Source: Bacillota bacterium (GTDB taxonomy: Bacteria > Bacillota_I > Bacilli_A > RFN20 > CAG-288). Taken from it: a DNA stretch of 64,000 nucleotides. The translations under genes and the position numbers were made by a program. The notes under the pieces were generated by a model. It did not search any database. It was not told the origin of the DNA and saw nothing but the letters and a program-made list of their open reading frames with translations. The DNA lies in assembly GCA_036830315.1 (NCBI GenBank), contig DAISOU010000001.1, positions 14,437 to 78,436 on the forward strand, written 5' to 3'. This document shows positions 10,335-21,044 of the stretch, one piece after another (the first letter of the stretch is position 1; each line of letters begins with the position of its first letter).

Positions 10335-10802
10335 ATGACTAAAACCAATGTCATGCGTCTATTAACACAGGAAAAAATCAACTATATTGTCAAAGACTAT
10401 ACTGATTCAAAAGCAGTCAGTGCCGAAGAAGTTGCCAAAGCCTTAGGAGAAGATGAAAAGACCGTCTTCAAGACCCTCGTCACTATTGGAAAAAGCCGTG
10501 ATCACTATGTGTTCGTCATTCCCGCCTTTGGAGAACTCAACCTGAAGAAAGCGGCCAAAGCCTGTGGAGAAAAGAACATCGAAATGATAACCCAGAAAGA
10601 ACTCCTTCCGCTCACTGGCTATGTTCACGGTGGCTGTTCTCCTATCGGCATGAAGAAAAAGTTTTCTACTTTCGTCGATATTTCCGCTCTGGATTATGAG
10701 CAGGTCTTCGTCTCCGGTGGTAAAATTGGATTGCAGGTTGGTCTGAATCCTAAAGACCTCGTCAAAGCCGCTTCGGTCACTTTTGTTTCCCTGATCGACT
10801 GA
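10335..10802 (+). CDS. ybaK: Cys-tRNA(Pro) deacylase, YbaK/EbsC family
   Basis: KTNVMRLL, VFKTLV, TGYVHGGCSPIG, VSGG motifs; start after AAGGAG. Confidence 0.9.
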   Translation: MTKTNVMRLLTQEKINYIVKDYTDSKAVSAEEVAKALGEDEKTVFKTLVTIGKSRDHYVFVIPAFGELNLKKAAKACGEKNIEMITQKELLPLTGYVHGGCSPIGMKKKFSTFVDISALDYEQVFVSGGKIGLQVGLNPKDLVKAASVTFVSLID

Positions 10803-10821
10803 TTGAAAGGAGTACATCAGT

Positions 10822-11736
10822 ATGAACAGCATTTATTCTGATAATCGTTTAGCCTTAGGTCTGATGAGATTAAAAGACATCTCAGTTGAAGAATTGGAGA
10901 ACATCATCGAAGGGGCCTTATCGATGGGCGTTTCTTTCTTTGATATCTCCGATGTCTATTGTCGCCATGAATCTGAAATCAAATTGGGAGAAGTCATCAA
11001 ACGAAACCCTGACTTACGAACCAGAATGATCATTCAAAGCAAATGCGGAATAGTCAAAGAAGATAACATCTTCCCCCATTATGACTTGTCGGAAGACCAT
11101 ATCAAAAACTCCTTGAAGGCCTCTTTGGAAAGAATGCATCTTTCCTATCTCGACAGTTATCTTCTGCATCGTCCTGATATCTTCATGGACAATAAAGAAA
11201 TAAGCCGTTCCTTCAACTCCTTATATGATAACGGCTTAGTGCATCACTTCGGTGTCTCCAATATGGACGTCAGTCAGATCGAATATCTCAAAAAGGAAGA
11301 TGGCGAGCATCCTCTTGAATGCTGTCAGCTGCAATTGGGATTAGGTCAGCTTTCCTTGCTCAGTCAGACTTTCAATGCCAATAACCCGGAAGAAAACCAT
11401 CTCAATACTGACGGTCTCTTCTTCTATATCAAGAAAGAAGGACTGGCTCTCCAGTGCTGGTCACCTTATCAATATGGCTTCTTCAAAGGTTCCATCTTCA
11501 AAGTTCCCGAACTCAAAAAGACTCAGGATCTTTTAAAGGAACTGGCTCTGAAATATAAGACCACCGACTGCGCTATCGCCACCTCCTTCTTGACGGACTT
11601 AGGGCCTTTTGTCCAGGTGATAACCGGAAGCATGAATCTCAGTCACATCAAAGAAAGCCTGGAAGGGACAAAGATCAAGCTCACCAAAGAAGACTGGTAC
11701 AGGCTCTATGCATCTACGGGTCATCTTCTTCCCTGA
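10822..11736 (+). CDS. Aldo/keto reductase
   Basis: LGLMRL, FFDISDVY, QSKCG, LLHRPD, GVSN motifs. Confidence 0.9.
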   Translation: MNSIYSDNRLALGLMRLKDISVEELENIIEGALSMGVSFFDISDVYCRHESEIKLGEVIKRNPDLRTRMIIQSKCGIVKEDNIFPHYDLSEDHIKNSLKASLERMHLSYLDSYLLHRPDIFMDNKEISRSFNSLYDNGLVHHFGVSNMDVSQIEYLKKEDGEHPLECCQLQLGLGQLSLLSQTFNANNPEENHLNTDGLFFYIKKEGLALQCWSPYQYGFFKGSIFKVPELKKTQDLLKELALKYKTTDCAIATSFLTDLGPFVQVITGSMNLSHIKESLEGTKIKLTKEDWYRLYASTGHLLP

Positions 11737-11751
11737 TAAAGGAAAAGAATA

Positions 11752-13302
11752 ATGTATACACATCCAGAATGGCTGAAAAAAGCCTGCTTCTATGAGATTT
11801 ATCCGCAATCATTTCTCGATACAAACGGCGATGGAATCGGTGATTTGGCCGGTATAATCAAAAAGCTCGATTATATCAAGAGCCTGGGTTTCAACGCTTT
11901 GTGGATCAACCCGATATTCGAATCTCCTTTTTATGATGCCGGCTATGATGTCACCGATTTCTATAAAGTAGCCAAAAGATACGGAACCAATGAACTTTGC
12001 TACACTCTCTTTTCCGAGTGCCACAAAAGAGGAATCAAAGTTCTTCTCGACTTAGTCCCTGGCCACACCTCCATCGAATCTAAATGGTTCAAAGAATCCT
12101 GCGACAATGACCATAATGAATTCAGCGACCGCTATATCTGGACTAAGTCCGTCTGGGATGCCACGGAGGATATACCATGCATCCGCGGTTTTACAAAAAG
12201 GTCCGGTTCAGTCGCCACTAATTTCTTCTCTATCCAACCGGCTTTAAATTACGGCTTTGGCGAAGTTAAGAATCCTAGCTACGAAGAAAAGATCACCGAC
12301 AAAGGTCCTCAGAAAACCATTCAGAGTATGATCGATGTCATTTTGTTCTGGTTAGATAAGGGCTGCGACGGCTTCCGCTGTGATATGGCAGGCTGGCTAG
12401 TCAAACGTGATGCCTTCTGTGCTGACACTATCAAAGTCTGGCAGCAGATATTCTCTTCAGTCAAAGAAAAGTATCCTGAATCGGCCTTTGTCTCGGAATG
12501 GAACGATCCTGAAAAATCCCTTCTAGCCGGATTCAACATGGATTTCCTCCTTCAGGACGGCTATACAAAATACAATAATGCGATGACCAGAAGCGATAAG
12601 CCGTATTTTCGTTTCACCGAAAAAGACAGCAATGCCCTGACCTTCCTCGATCACTTTGAAATCGTTCAGTCTTTTGGAAAGGAAAGACAGGACTATGTCA
12701 GTATGATCTCTGGCAATCACGACACCGACCGAATAAAGAAATGGCTCACGGACGAAGAACTCAAATTCTACTATACCTTCATGTATACGATTCCAAACGT
12801 TCCCTTCATGTATTACGGAGACGAAATCGGAATGAACTACCTTGATAACCTGGAGTCAGTCGAAGGCGGTTATCAGAGAACCGGAACAAGAACTCCCATG
12901 CAGTGGAACTCAGCTAGTAAAGCCGGTTTCACCAAGGCTAACTCTTCCTACATCAAGGTCAATCCTGACTATAGGAAGATAAATGTGGAAAAACAGGAAA
13001 ATAAAGACTCATCCCTTCTTTCTTTCGTCAAAAAGCTTCTGTCCTGCAAAAACAGAGAAATCGCCTTAGATAACGACGCCTCTTTCAAGCTTCTTCCCCT
13101 GAAAAGAAAAGACAGCGCCTTAGCCTACATCAGAGAAAAAGAAGGTCAGAAAGTCCTCGTTGTCATCAATCCCCGTCTAGAAGAAGAGACATTTGAAAAC
13201 ATAGCCGTCTCTAATGATGTCCTCCTCCAGATTGGTTCTTTCAAAATCGATAGCGGAAAGCTAGTCATTTCTCCAAAATCATTAGTCATCCTCAAGCTCT
13301 GA
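11752..13302 (+). CDS. GH13 alpha-amylase family glycoside hydrolase (alpha-glucosidase-like)
   Basis: FYEIYPQSF.D.NGDGIGDL, DGFRCDMA (nucleophile), SEW, NHD, YYGDEIGM motifs; no signal peptide. Confidence 0.9.
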   Translation: MYTHPEWLKKACFYEIYPQSFLDTNGDGIGDLAGIIKKLDYIKSLGFNALWINPIFESPFYDAGYDVTDFYKVAKRYGTNELCYTLFSECHKRGIKVLLDLVPGHTSIESKWFKESCDNDHNEFSDRYIWTKSVWDATEDIPCIRGFTKRSGSVATNFFSIQPALNYGFGEVKNPSYEEKITDKGPQKTIQSMIDVILFWLDKGCDGFRCDMAGWLVKRDAFCADTIKVWQQIFSSVKEKYPESAFVSEWNDPEKSLLAGFNMDFLLQDGYTKYNNAMTRSDKPYFRFTEKDSNALTFLDHFEIVQSFGKERQDYVSMISGNHDTDRIKKWLTDEELKFYYTFMYTIPNVPFMYYGDEIGMNYLDNLESVEGGYQRTGTRTPMQWNSASKAGFTKANSSYIKVNPDYRKINVEKQENKDSSLLSFVKKLLSCKNREIALDNDASFKLLPLKRKDSALAYIREKEGQKVLVVINPRLEEETFENIAVSNDVLLQIGSFKIDSGKLVISPKSLVILKL

Positions 13303-13321
13303 TAAGAAATATATCCAGAGT

Positions 13322-13385
13322 AAAAGCGGAGCTTTTGGCTCCGCTTTTTAAATGAAAAAGAGAACGGATTTCTCCGTTCCCTTTT
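13322..13385. terminator. Two adjacent hairpin terminators between the convergent GH13 gene and rplQ
   Basis: AAAAGCGGAGC/GCTCCGCTTTT (13322-13349) and AAAAGAGAACGGA/TCCGTTCCCTTTT (13356-13385). Confidence 0.8.
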
Positions 13386-13391
13386 AATGAA

Positions 13392-13799
13392 CTAGTCGAC
13401 GAAGGCGAGAAGAGCCATCGGGGCGTTGTCGCCACGACGGTTTTCAAGCTTCAGGACTCTGGTGTAGCCACCATTTCTGTCCTTATACTTGGGGCCATAG
13501 ACGTCGAAGAGCTTCTGTAAAGCATTCTTCTTGGTCTTGGGATCTTCAAAACCGACTTCACGGACAAACCTGGCGGCCTGTCTGCGAGCAGCTAAATCAC
13601 CCTTCTTGGCGTATGTGACCATACGCTCGGCCTTCTGCTGAGCACGCTTAGCGACAGTGAAAGTTACTTCAACCTGTCCTGAGATGATGAGCTGAGAGAC
13701 GACGTTTCTGAGCATGTTCTTCTCTTTATCAGAGGTGAAGCCCGCCTTGAAGCGGACACCGCCTTTGCCGTGTACATTCTTTCTACCGATAGTACCCAT
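13392..13799 (-). CDS. rplQ: 50S ribosomal protein L17
   Basis: RNGGYTRVLK...RRGDNAPMA; follows rpoA. Confidence 0.97.
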   Translation of the reverse strand: MGTIGRKNVHGKGGVRFKAGFTSDKEKNMLRNVVSQLIISGQVEVTFTVAKRAQQKAERMVTYAKKGDLAARRQAARFVREVGFEDPKTKKNALQKLFDVYGPKYKDRNGGYTRVLKLENRRGDNAPMALLAFVD

Positions 13800-13810
13800 A
13801 TGTCTTTACC

Positions 13811-14776
13811 TCACTTTTTAGTGTTATCGTCATGCTGGAGAGATAAGTTGATTCCGGCGAGCTTATCAAGAATTTCCTTGTAGGACTTCTTGCCTAAGTT
13901 ACGAACGGTCATCAACTCAGATTCCTTCATGTTGCAGAGATCCTGAACAGTCTTGAGACCATTTCTCTTAAGACAGTTGTAGGAACGAACGGAGAGATCA
14001 AGATCCTCAAGCGACATGGTGGTGAACTTGTTCTCCTGCTTGGTCTGAGCAGTAGCCATGACGGTAGCGCTCTTGACAGCTTCGTCAAGATTCTCAAAGA
14101 GCTTGAAGTGCTCATCGAGGATCTTAGCAGCTAAAGCAACAGCCTTACTAGGTTCGGTGGAACCATCGGTGTTGACTTCAATGACCAGCTTTTCGAAGTT
14201 GGCATCATGTCCGACACGGGTAGGCTCAACAGAGACGTTGACTTTGTCGATAGGAGAGAAATTGCTGTCAACAGCAATAAGTCCTAAAGGCCAAGCCGGA
14301 TCCTTGTTGTCTTCAGCAGTAACGAATCCACGGCCCTTCTTAGCATAGAGGGACATCTTAATGTGGCCGTTGGCGGCTAAATGGCAGATTGTCAGATCTT
14401 TATTGACGACACTGACCATATCGGGGCAGACGATGTCCCCGGCCTTGACTTCCTTCTCACCCTTGACTTCGAGTTTCAAAGTATAGCTGGCATCCTCATT
14501 ATCAGACTCATCCTTTAAGACGAGGTTCTTGATGTTGAGAACAATATCAGTCAGATCTTCAACAACGCCACTCAAGGGAGTGTACTCGTGATGAGCACCA
14601 TCGACTTCGATAGCGTAGACGGCAATTCCTGGTAAGGAAGAGAGCAAAACTCTTCTCATAGCATTACCGATTGTGACTCCATAGCCTTCTTCAAGAGGAG
14701 TGATGGTGAAGCGGCCAAAGCTTGGGGTTACATCGTTCTTGCTGATATCGAATTTCGGCTGTACGAATTGTTTCAT
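13811..14776 (-). CDS. rpoA: RNA polymerase alpha subunit
   Basis: PLEEGYGVTIGNAMRRVLLSS, LDLSVRSYNCLKR; start reassigned to MKQF after AAGGAG. Confidence 0.97.
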   Translation of the reverse strand: MKQFVQPKFDISKNDVTPSFGRFTITPLEEGYGVTIGNAMRRVLLSSLPGIAVYAIEVDGAHHEYTPLSGVVEDLTDIVLNIKNLVLKDESDNEDASYTLKLEVKGEKEVKAGDIVCPDMVSVVNKDLTICHLAANGHIKMSLYAKKGRGFVTAEDNKDPAWPLGLIAVDSNFSPIDKVNVSVEPTRVGHDANFEKLVIEVNTDGSTEPSKAVALAAKILDEHFKLFENLDEAVKSATVMATAQTKQENKFTTMSLEDLDLSVRSYNCLKRNGLKTVQDLCNMKESELMTVRNLGKKSYKEILDKLAGINLSLQHDDNTKK

Positions 14777-14802
14777 TGCGACTCTCCTTTTACCTTTCTC
14801 GA

Positions 14803-15264
14803 TCAACCACGAGGTCTCTTAGGCGGACGGCAGCCATTATGGGGAATAGGAGTGACATCGGAGATGGAAAGAACCTTAAGACCAGAAGCCTCAAGGGCTC
14901 TGACAGCAGTCTCACGTCCAGGGCCCGGGCCCTTGACTTCGACGTCAACAGTCTTCAAGCCGCGGTCAGCACAGGTCTTGGCGACAGTAGCCGCAGCAAC
15001 CTGAGCAGCGAACGGAGTGGACTTTTTGCTACCGGACATACCGCAGGTGCCAGCACTGGCCCAGGCGATAACCTTACCGGTCTCATCAGTGATAGAGATG
15101 ATGGTATTGGAATAGGAAGAGTGGATGTGGGCAATACCCTTAGTAAAGTTGAGTTTGGATTTCTTCTTACGGATAGTAGTCTTCTTGCCGCCCTTTTTGG
15201 CAGCGACAGTCGGAGTAGCAGACAGAATGCTGCTAGCAACTGATTTTTTCTCGGTTTCAGCCAT
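14803..15264 (-). CDS. rpsK: 30S ribosomal protein S11
   Basis: [32 protein letters not shown]. Confidence 0.97.
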   Translation of the reverse strand: MAETEKKSVASSILSATPTVAAKKGGKKTTIRKKKSKLNFTKGIAHIHSSYSNTIISITDETGKVIAWASAGTCGMSGSKKSTPFAAQVAAATVAKTCADRGLKTVDVEVKGPGPGRETAVRALEASGLKVLSISDVTPIPHNGCRPPKRPRG

Positions 15265-15283
15265 TTTTCAATCTCCTCCCCGA

Positions 15284-15658
15284 TTACATCGTTGCCTTTT
15301 TGTGGTTGGCAACGGTCTTTCTCGGACCTTTTGAAGTACGAGCATTAGTCTTATCTCTTTGGCCACGGCAGGGAAGATTTCTCTTATGTCTCTGACCACG
15401 ATAGGTTCCGATTTCCTCGAGTCTCTTGATATTAAGAGCGACTTCGCGGCGCAGGTCACCTTCAACCTGATACTTAGTGATCTGAGTACGGACAGCAGTG
15501 AGTTCATCCTCGGAGCAGTCCTTTACTCTTTTAGTTCCATCGACTTTAGCGTCGACGCAGATCTTGTTAGCAAGAGTGTGTCCGATTCCGTAGATATAGG
15601 TCAGGGAATAGACCAGCTGCTTGTCGTTTGGAATATCAACTCCAGCGATTCTAGCCAT
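15284..15658 (-). CDS. rpsM: 30S ribosomal protein S13
   Basis: [21 protein letters not shown]. Confidence 0.97.
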   Translation of the reverse strand: MARIAGVDIPNDKQLVYSLTYIYGIGHTLANKICVDAKVDGTKRVKDCSEDELTAVRTQITKYQVEGDLRREVALNIKRLEEIGTYRGQRHKRNLPCRGQRDKTNARTSKGPRKTVANHKKATM

Positions 15659-15680
15659 ATTTTTAATCTTGTCCTTTCAT

Positions 15681-15794
15681 TTAGCCCTGTCTCTGCTTGT
15701 GTTTAGGGTTGGAGCAAATGACCATGACACGGCCTTTACGTTTGATGACGCGGCATTTATCACATATCGGCTTAACTGAAGATCTAACTTTCAT
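15681..15794 (-). CDS. rpmJ: 50S ribosomal protein L36 (absent from ORF track)
   Basis: Hand translation [37 protein letters not shown]. Confidence 0.97.
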   Translation of the reverse strand: MKVRSSVKPICDKCRVIKRKGRVMVICSNPKHKQRQG

Positions 15795-15810
15795 ACGTTA
15801 GCTTTCTCCT

Positions 15811-16029
15811 TTATTTGTATCGGTAGACGATGCAGCCATTGGTGACATCATAAGGGGAGATTTCCACAGTGACCTTATCTCCTGGAAGAATACGGATCTT
15901 GTTCATCCTCATCTTACCTGAGATCCTGGCTCTGATCACTGCACCTCCGTCGAGTTGTACCGAATATTTCTCGGCGGGTAGGGACTCGAGAACCGTCCCT
16001 TCCATCTTGATGAAATCTTCTCTGCTCAT
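15811..16029 (-). CDS. infA: Translation initiation factor IF-1
   Basis: [25 protein letters not shown]. Confidence 0.97.
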   Translation of the reverse strand: MSREDFIKMEGTVLESLPAEKYSVQLDGGAVIRARISGKMRMNKIRILPGDKVTVEISPYDVTNGCIVYRYK

Positions 16030-16829
16030 TCTTGTTTCTCCAATTCATTGAGATGTCGTCTGACATTGGAATCGACAGAAGTGATCACAGCGCCATCATC
16101 AGTGATGATGATATCGTTCTCATAATGGCAAGTGAGTTTTCCGTCAGCTGATACTACACCCCAGCCATCATCAAGAGTCTTTATCTCAGAAGACCCCGAC
16201 AATACCATGGGTTCAATGGCAAGACACATGCCGGGACGTAAGAAGGGACCAAGTCCCAATTCCGGCGAATAGTAGTTGTAGATGAAGGGATCTTCGTGCA
16301 TGTCTTTGCCTAAGCCGTGACCGCCATATTCTTTACAGAGAGCAAAGCCGTATTTATCGGCTGTTCTCTGAATGGCTTTGGAGATTTCATAGAGGTGAAC
16401 TCCCGGCTTACATATCTTATAGGCTTCATAGAAGCACTCTTCGGTGCAGCGGATGAGCTTACTCGCTTCATCGGAGACACTTCCTACAGTGAAGGTCCGG
16501 CAGGCATCGCCCTGGAAACCTGTCGTGTCGACATTTCCCATATCGATGCTGAGGATATCACCGTCCTTGAGGATGACGTTTTTGGAGGGAATTCCGTGAA
16601 TCAGGACTTCATTCACAGAGGTGCAGACTGAACCGGGGAAGCCGTCGAATCCTTTGAAGGATGCTTTGCAGCCTGATTCCCGAATAAATCTGTCAGCCAG
16701 CTTGTCGATCTCATACGTGGTACGGCCTGGTCTGATTTCAGGAAGAAGCAAATCGAAGATCGCTCCTAATTTCAGTCCCGCCGCCTTCATCATTTCCTGT
16801 TCTCTAGGTGTTTTGATTGAGATCATCAC
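16026..16829 (-). CDS. map: Methionine aminopeptidase type I
   Basis: CTSVNE..IHGIP, GHGLG..MHEDP, EPMV, HYENDI. Confidence 0.95.
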   Translation of the reverse strand: MMISIKTPREQEMMKAAGLKLGAIFDLLLPEIRPGRTTYEIDKLADRFIRESGCKASFKGFDGFPGSVCTSVNEVLIHGIPSKNVILKDGDILSIDMGNVDTTGFQGDACRTFTVGSVSDEASKLIRCTEECFYEAYKICKPGVHLYEISKAIQRTADKYGFALCKEYGGHGLGKDMHEDPFIYNYYSPELGLGPFLRPGMCLAIEPMVLSGSSEIKTLDDGWGVVSADGKLTCHYENDIIITDDGAVITSVDSNVRRHLNELEKQE

Positions 16830-17497
16830 TTGGCCTCTGAAAGTACCTTATCAACATCAGCGAAGACCTCATCGATGTCCTTGAGGGCGTCAACTTCAGC
16901 CAAGATGCCTTTCTTCTTGTAGAATTCAACAAGCGGAAGGGTCTTAGAGCTGTAGGCGTCAAGACGGACAACGAAGCTCTCAGCACGGTCATCAGGACGC
17001 TGGATCAATTCAGAACCGCAGCTGTCACAGATTCCGTCCTTTTGAGGCTTCTTGGTCTTCAAGTTATAGGAGGCACCGCATTTAGGGCAGACACGACGGG
17101 AAGAAATGCGTTCCACTAACTCCTTATCGTCAGCGACAAGAAGGATGACTTTGCTAAGCTTTCTGTTCTGAGAGCCTAACATCTTCTCTAGGGCTTCAGC
17201 CTGAGGAATGGTACGGGGGAAGCCATCGAGGAGGAATCCCTTCTCGCAGTCTTTCTGGCCTAATCTCTCTTCGACAAGGCCGATGGTGACACTGTCAGGA
17301 ACAAGCTTTCCTTCGGAGATGAAGGCCTGAGCCTCCAAACCGAGTTTGGTCTTGTTCTCGATAGCGCTGCGGAACATATCGCCAGTGGAGATGTGAGGGA
17401 TGCCGAATTCTCTGACGATAAGCTCGGATTGGGTTCCCTTGCCAGCGGCAGGGGGACCCATAAGGATAATATTCAACGGATGATTCAGATTTTTCAT
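16826..17497 (-). CDS. adk: Adenylate kinase
   Basis: GPPAAGKGTQ, STGDMFR, LDGFPRT, Zn LID CPKC...CDSC. Confidence 0.97.
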   Translation of the reverse strand: MKNLNHPLNIILMGPPAAGKGTQSELIVREFGIPHISTGDMFRSAIENKTKLGLEAQAFISEGKLVPDSVTIGLVEERLGQKDCEKGFLLDGFPRTIPQAEALEKMLGSQNRKLSKVILLVADDKELVERISSRRVCPKCGASYNLKTKKPQKDGICDSCGSELIQRPDDRAESFVVRLDAYSSKTLPLVEFYKKKGILAEVDALKDIDEVFADVDKVLSEAK

Positions 17498-17510
17498 TCA
17501 GTTTTCTCCT

Positions 17511-18851
17511 TTACATTTCGCTTTCAGCATAACCGTGACCGGCTAAGATTCCCGATATCTGGTTGTTGATTTCGAGAGCGACGCCGACGACGATGATGAG
17601 ACCAGTACCGCCTAAAGACAAGGAAGAGGGAACAGCTCCTGTCAGGGATAAGATGACAGGAATCAAGGCGATGATGGTAAGGGATAAGCTTCCGATGAAG
17701 GTGATACGGCTCAATATTCTCGAGATGTATCTTTCGGTTTCAGTTCCGGGCTTGATGCCGGTGATGTAAGTGCCGCTCGACTGGAAGTTCTCAGCTATTC
17801 TCTCAGGATTGATCTGCAGCTGTGAATAGAAGTAGGAGAAGGCGATGATGAGCACAGCGTAGATGATGGGACCCCAGGGGAAGGAGAAACTGTCGGTCAT
17901 CTGAGTCATCTTCTGATAGTTGAAGACATCTTCGAGGGTTTTAGCCCAGGCAGGTGTATCACCACCGGAGAAGAGGGAGATGACAATCGAAGGCGCAACC
18001 ATGATAGAGGAAGCGAAGATGACAGGCATGACGGAACTGGCATTGACCTTGATGGGAAGGAAGGAGGACTGAATAGAATTGGAGTCAGTAGACTGACTCG
18101 TGTTAGAGTGGCTGACTGGCAGCTTTCTAACTGATTTCTCAATGAAGGTAACGAAGACCACGATAAGGATGAACGCTAGGAGATAGACTGCGATTTGAAC
18201 TGATCCTTCAAGAATCAGAGTAGCATCACCTGTATTGACCTTGTCGCCTAAGTAAGTAGTGAAAGCAGTGGTTATCTGGCTAGGAAGAGAAGAGACGATA
18301 CCAGCGAAGATCAGCATGGAGATACCGTTTCCGATACCCTTGTCAGTCACCTGGTCACCCATCCAGTTAAGCATCATCGTGCCAGCCACCATGAAGATGA
18401 TGATCTTGGCATATCCCCAGGCCGAAGTATCAGCTAAGCTGATGCCATCGGAGTTGGAGAGAGAGACGATAATACCATAAGCCTGAACGGCGGCTAAGAC
18501 GACTGAGAGCATTCTGGTGACAACGTCTAATTTCTTTCTTCCGGTTTCGCCTTCCTTTGTCATTGATGTCAGGGATGGAAGTACATCCATCGATAACAGC
18601 TGAACGATAATCTGGGAGGTGATGTAAGGTGAGACACCTAACGCAAGAATAGAGAAGTTCTGAAGTGCGCCGCCACCCATCATATTCAGCAGTGAGAAAT
18701 TGGAAGTGGTGTCGCTCCAGATGTCCTCTTTGACAGTGACACCCGGAACTGTGATAGCCGATCCGATTCTGAAGACAAGGAAAATTGCTAACGTAAATAG
18801 TACACGGTTAAGAACTTCCTTGTTATGGAAAAATGCGGCTACCTTTTTCAT
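17511..18851 (-). CDS. secY: Preprotein translocase subunit SecY
   Basis: ALGVSPYITSQII, GIGNGISMLIFAGI, SVMPVIFASS. Confidence 0.97.
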   Translation of the reverse strand: MKKVAAFFHNKEVLNRVLFTLAIFLVFRIGSAITVPGVTVKEDIWSDTTSNFSLLNMMGGGALQNFSILALGVSPYITSQIIVQLLSMDVLPSLTSMTKEGETGRKKLDVVTRMLSVVLAAVQAYGIIVSLSNSDGISLADTSAWGYAKIIIFMVAGTMMLNWMGDQVTDKGIGNGISMLIFAGIVSSLPSQITTAFTTYLGDKVNTGDATLILEGSVQIAVYLLAFILIVVFVTFIEKSVRKLPVSHSNTSQSTDSNSIQSSFLPIKVNASSVMPVIFASSIMVAPSIVISLFSGGDTPAWAKTLEDVFNYQKMTQMTDSFSFPWGPIIYAVLIIAFSYFYSQLQINPERIAENFQSSGTYITGIKPGTETERYISRILSRITFIGSLSLTIIALIPVILSLTGAVPSSLSLGGTGLIIVVGVALEINNQISGILAGHGYAESEM

Positions 18852-19384
18852 TACTTGTCCTCAGAAACCTTTTCGTTTTGAGAATCAGCGGCATCTAATT
18901 TGGCAAGATACTCACGAGCGGCGATTCTGGCATCCTTAAGAGTAAGGACTTCAGCCTTGCCACCGGCGTTTTCGATGCTTTCCTTAGCACCTTTAGAGAA
19001 GGCCTGAGCGGAGATGGCGAACTTCTTAGTGAGTTTGCCCTTTCCTAAGACCTTGATAGGATTGTTGAAGTTCTTGATGATTCCAGCGCAGACTAAGGTG
19101 ATGTTGTTGATGACAGCGCCATCCTCGAAGACTTCTTCTAAATCCTCAATGTTGACGGGTAAGTAAGCGACGCGGTTAGGTGAAGTGAAGCCATGCTTAG
19201 GCAGACGTCTGTAAAGAGGTAACTGTCCGCCTTCGAAACCTTCAGGAACCTTACGTCCCTGACGGGCACCCTGACCTTTTTGACCTCTGGTGGAGGTCTT
19301 TCCCATACCAGAGCCGATACCTAAACCGACTCTCTTGGGTAAGTGACGGGAACCTTTGGCGATCTTAAGATTGCTTAATTCCAT
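18851..19384 (-). CDS. rplO: 50S ribosomal protein L15 (C-terminally extended)
   Basis: GIGSGMGKTSTRGQKGQ, FEGGQLPLYRRLPKHGF. Confidence 0.97.
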   Translation of the reverse strand: MELSNLKIAKGSRHLPKRVGLGIGSGMGKTSTRGQKGQGARQGRKVPEGFEGGQLPLYRRLPKHGFTSPNRVAYLPVNIEDLEEVFEDGAVINNITLVCAGIIKNFNNPIKVLGKGKLTKKFAISAQAFSKGAKESIENAGGKAEVLTLKDARIAAREYLAKLDAADSQNEKVSEDK

Positions 19385-19398
19385 TGGTATACTCCTCC

Positions 19399-20079
19399 TT
19401 ACTTGGCTTCAGGAGCCTTGGCGGCTTCTTCAGCATTCTTGTTAATATCAACGCCGTGACGGACAAGCTGGACATTAGCGAATGTCTTGAGCTGTCCTAA
19501 GCCATCGACGGTGGCTCTGACACAGTTGTTCTGAGTGCGGCTGCCATAGATCTTGGAGAAGACGTTCTTGACGCCTGATAACTCTAAGATGGCACGGACA
19601 GCACCACCGGCGATCAATCCAGTACCGGCAGGAGCAGGTTTTAAGAAGACCTTAGTAGCTCCGAAGTGACCGATAACGGTATGAGTGATGGTATCGCCCT
19701 TGGCGATCGAAATCTTGAACATATTCTTTCTAGCTGCGGCAAGAGCCTTCTTGATGGCATCCGGAACTTCGTTGGACTTTCCTAAGCCATAGCCGAATTT
19801 GCCCTTGTGGTCGCCGATGACGACTAAAGCAGTGAATCTGACACGCTTGCCGCCCTTGATGACCTTAGCAACACGGGAGATCTTGACGACTTTCTCGTCA
19901 TAGAGCTTCTCCTCGTCTCTTCTTCCAAAGCGTCCGCGGTTTCCGAATTTGCGGCCATCTCTCTGTCCCTGAGGACGTCCGCCATTGTTATAGCGGCCAT
20001 TGGGACGGGCGGAATGGTTAGCAGAATCAGTCTTAGCGGCACCGGCACTGGCCGGAGCAATATTTTTGTTTTCTTCCAT
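19399..20079 (-). CDS. rpsE: 30S ribosomal protein S5 (N-terminally extended)
   Basis: RVAKVIKGG, GTGLIAGGAVRAILEL. Confidence 0.97.
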   Translation of the reverse strand: MEENKNIAPASAGAAKTDSANHSARPNGRYNNGGRPQGQRDGRKFGNRGRFGRRDEEKLYDEKVVKISRVAKVIKGGKRVRFTALVVIGDHKGKFGYGLGKSNEVPDAIKKALAAARKNMFKISIAKGDTITHTVIGHFGATKVFLKPAPAGTGLIAGGAVRAILELSGVKNVFSKIYGSRTQNNCVRATVDGLGQLKTFANVQLVRHGVDINKNAEEAAKAPEAK

Positions 20080-20089
20080 GTTCTTCTCC

Positions 20090-20446
20090 TTAGAAGGCTA
20101 AGCCGCCTTCGCGGCAGGCATCAGCCAGGGCTTTCACCTGACCGTGATAGAGATAGCCGGAACGATCGAAGACAGCCTTGGCAATCTTGAGGTCCTTAGC
20201 CTTTTTGGCTAAGTCTTCACCGACAGCCGTAGCAGCAGCGACGTTTGAGGGATTGTCTAAACTGAGCTTAGCGCTACTAGAGGAGCAGAGAGTCTTATGA
20301 GCGACATCATCGATCAGAGCAGCATAGATGAACTTGTTGGAACGGAACACTGAGATCCTAGGACGATCAGCAGTTCCGGAGACCTTAGCTCTGATTCTGA
20401 CGTGACGATGTAATCTTTGTGCATTTCTGTCAAAAGCAGTATACAT
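20090..20446 (-). CDS. rplR: 50S ribosomal protein L18
   Basis: RPRISVFRSNK, VFDRSGYLYHG. Confidence 0.97.
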   Translation of the reverse strand: MYTAFDRNAQRLHRHVRIRAKVSGTADRPRISVFRSNKFIYAALIDDVAHKTLCSSSSAKLSLDNPSNVAAATAVGEDLAKKAKDLKIAKAVFDRSGYLYHGQVKALADACREGGLAF

Positions 20447-20460
20447 TAATTTCTCCTCCT

Positions 20461-21030
20461 TTACTTAGCAGCCGGAGCAGCAGCACCGACAGCAGACTTC
20501 TTAGCAGAAGCGGGCTGACGAAGTACGACAACCTCACCCTGATAACGGATACCTTTGCCATGATAGCATTCAGGTTTGCGGACATGTCTGATGACTGCAG
20601 CCATCTGTCCGACTTTCTGCTTATCAATACCGGTAACGGTAATGAAAGCCTGTTTGATGGAGATGGCGATGCCATCGATAGGATGGACGACATCTTCATG
20701 AGAGTGGCCAACGTGTAAGACGAGATCATTTCCTCTCATCTCACCACGATAACCGACACCCTTGATTTCGAGAGTCTTGGTGAAGCCAGTTGTGACACCG
20801 TTGACCATATCATTGATAAGGGCACGGGCAGTACCATGATTCATTCTCATCTTAATGGAATCATTAGGACGAGTGACATGGAAGTGGCCATCTTTGGTCT
20901 CGAAGCCAAGATGCTGATTAAACTTGTTAGTAAGTTCGCCTTTAGGTCCCTTGACGGTCACGACATTGTTGTTGACTGTGATGGTGACGCCTTCCGGGAT
21001 GGCGATAGGCATTCTTCCGATTCTTGACAT
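20461..21030 (-). CDS. rplF: 50S ribosomal protein L6
   Basis: MSRIGRMPI, GVGYR, KGIRY. Confidence 0.97.
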   Translation of the reverse strand: MSRIGRMPIAIPEGVTITVNNNVVTVKGPKGELTNKFNQHLGFETKDGHFHVTRPNDSIKMRMNHGTARALINDMVNGVTTGFTKTLEIKGVGYRGEMRGNDLVLHVGHSHEDVVHPIDGIAISIKQAFITVTGIDKQKVGQMAAVIRHVRKPECYHGKGIRYQGEVVVLRQPASAKKSAVGAAAPAAK

Positions 21031-21044
21031 TTCCAAACCCCTCC

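Noticed and set aside
10800-10802. UGA-to-Trp recoding (code 4), given the Mollicutes-like traits
   Set aside because: TGA is used as a real stop (ybaK, adk, map, ATGA overlaps) and conserved genes are full length under code 11
14776-14803. rpsD absent between rpsK and rpoA
   Set aside because: Normal for Bacilli, where rpsD is encoded elsewhere
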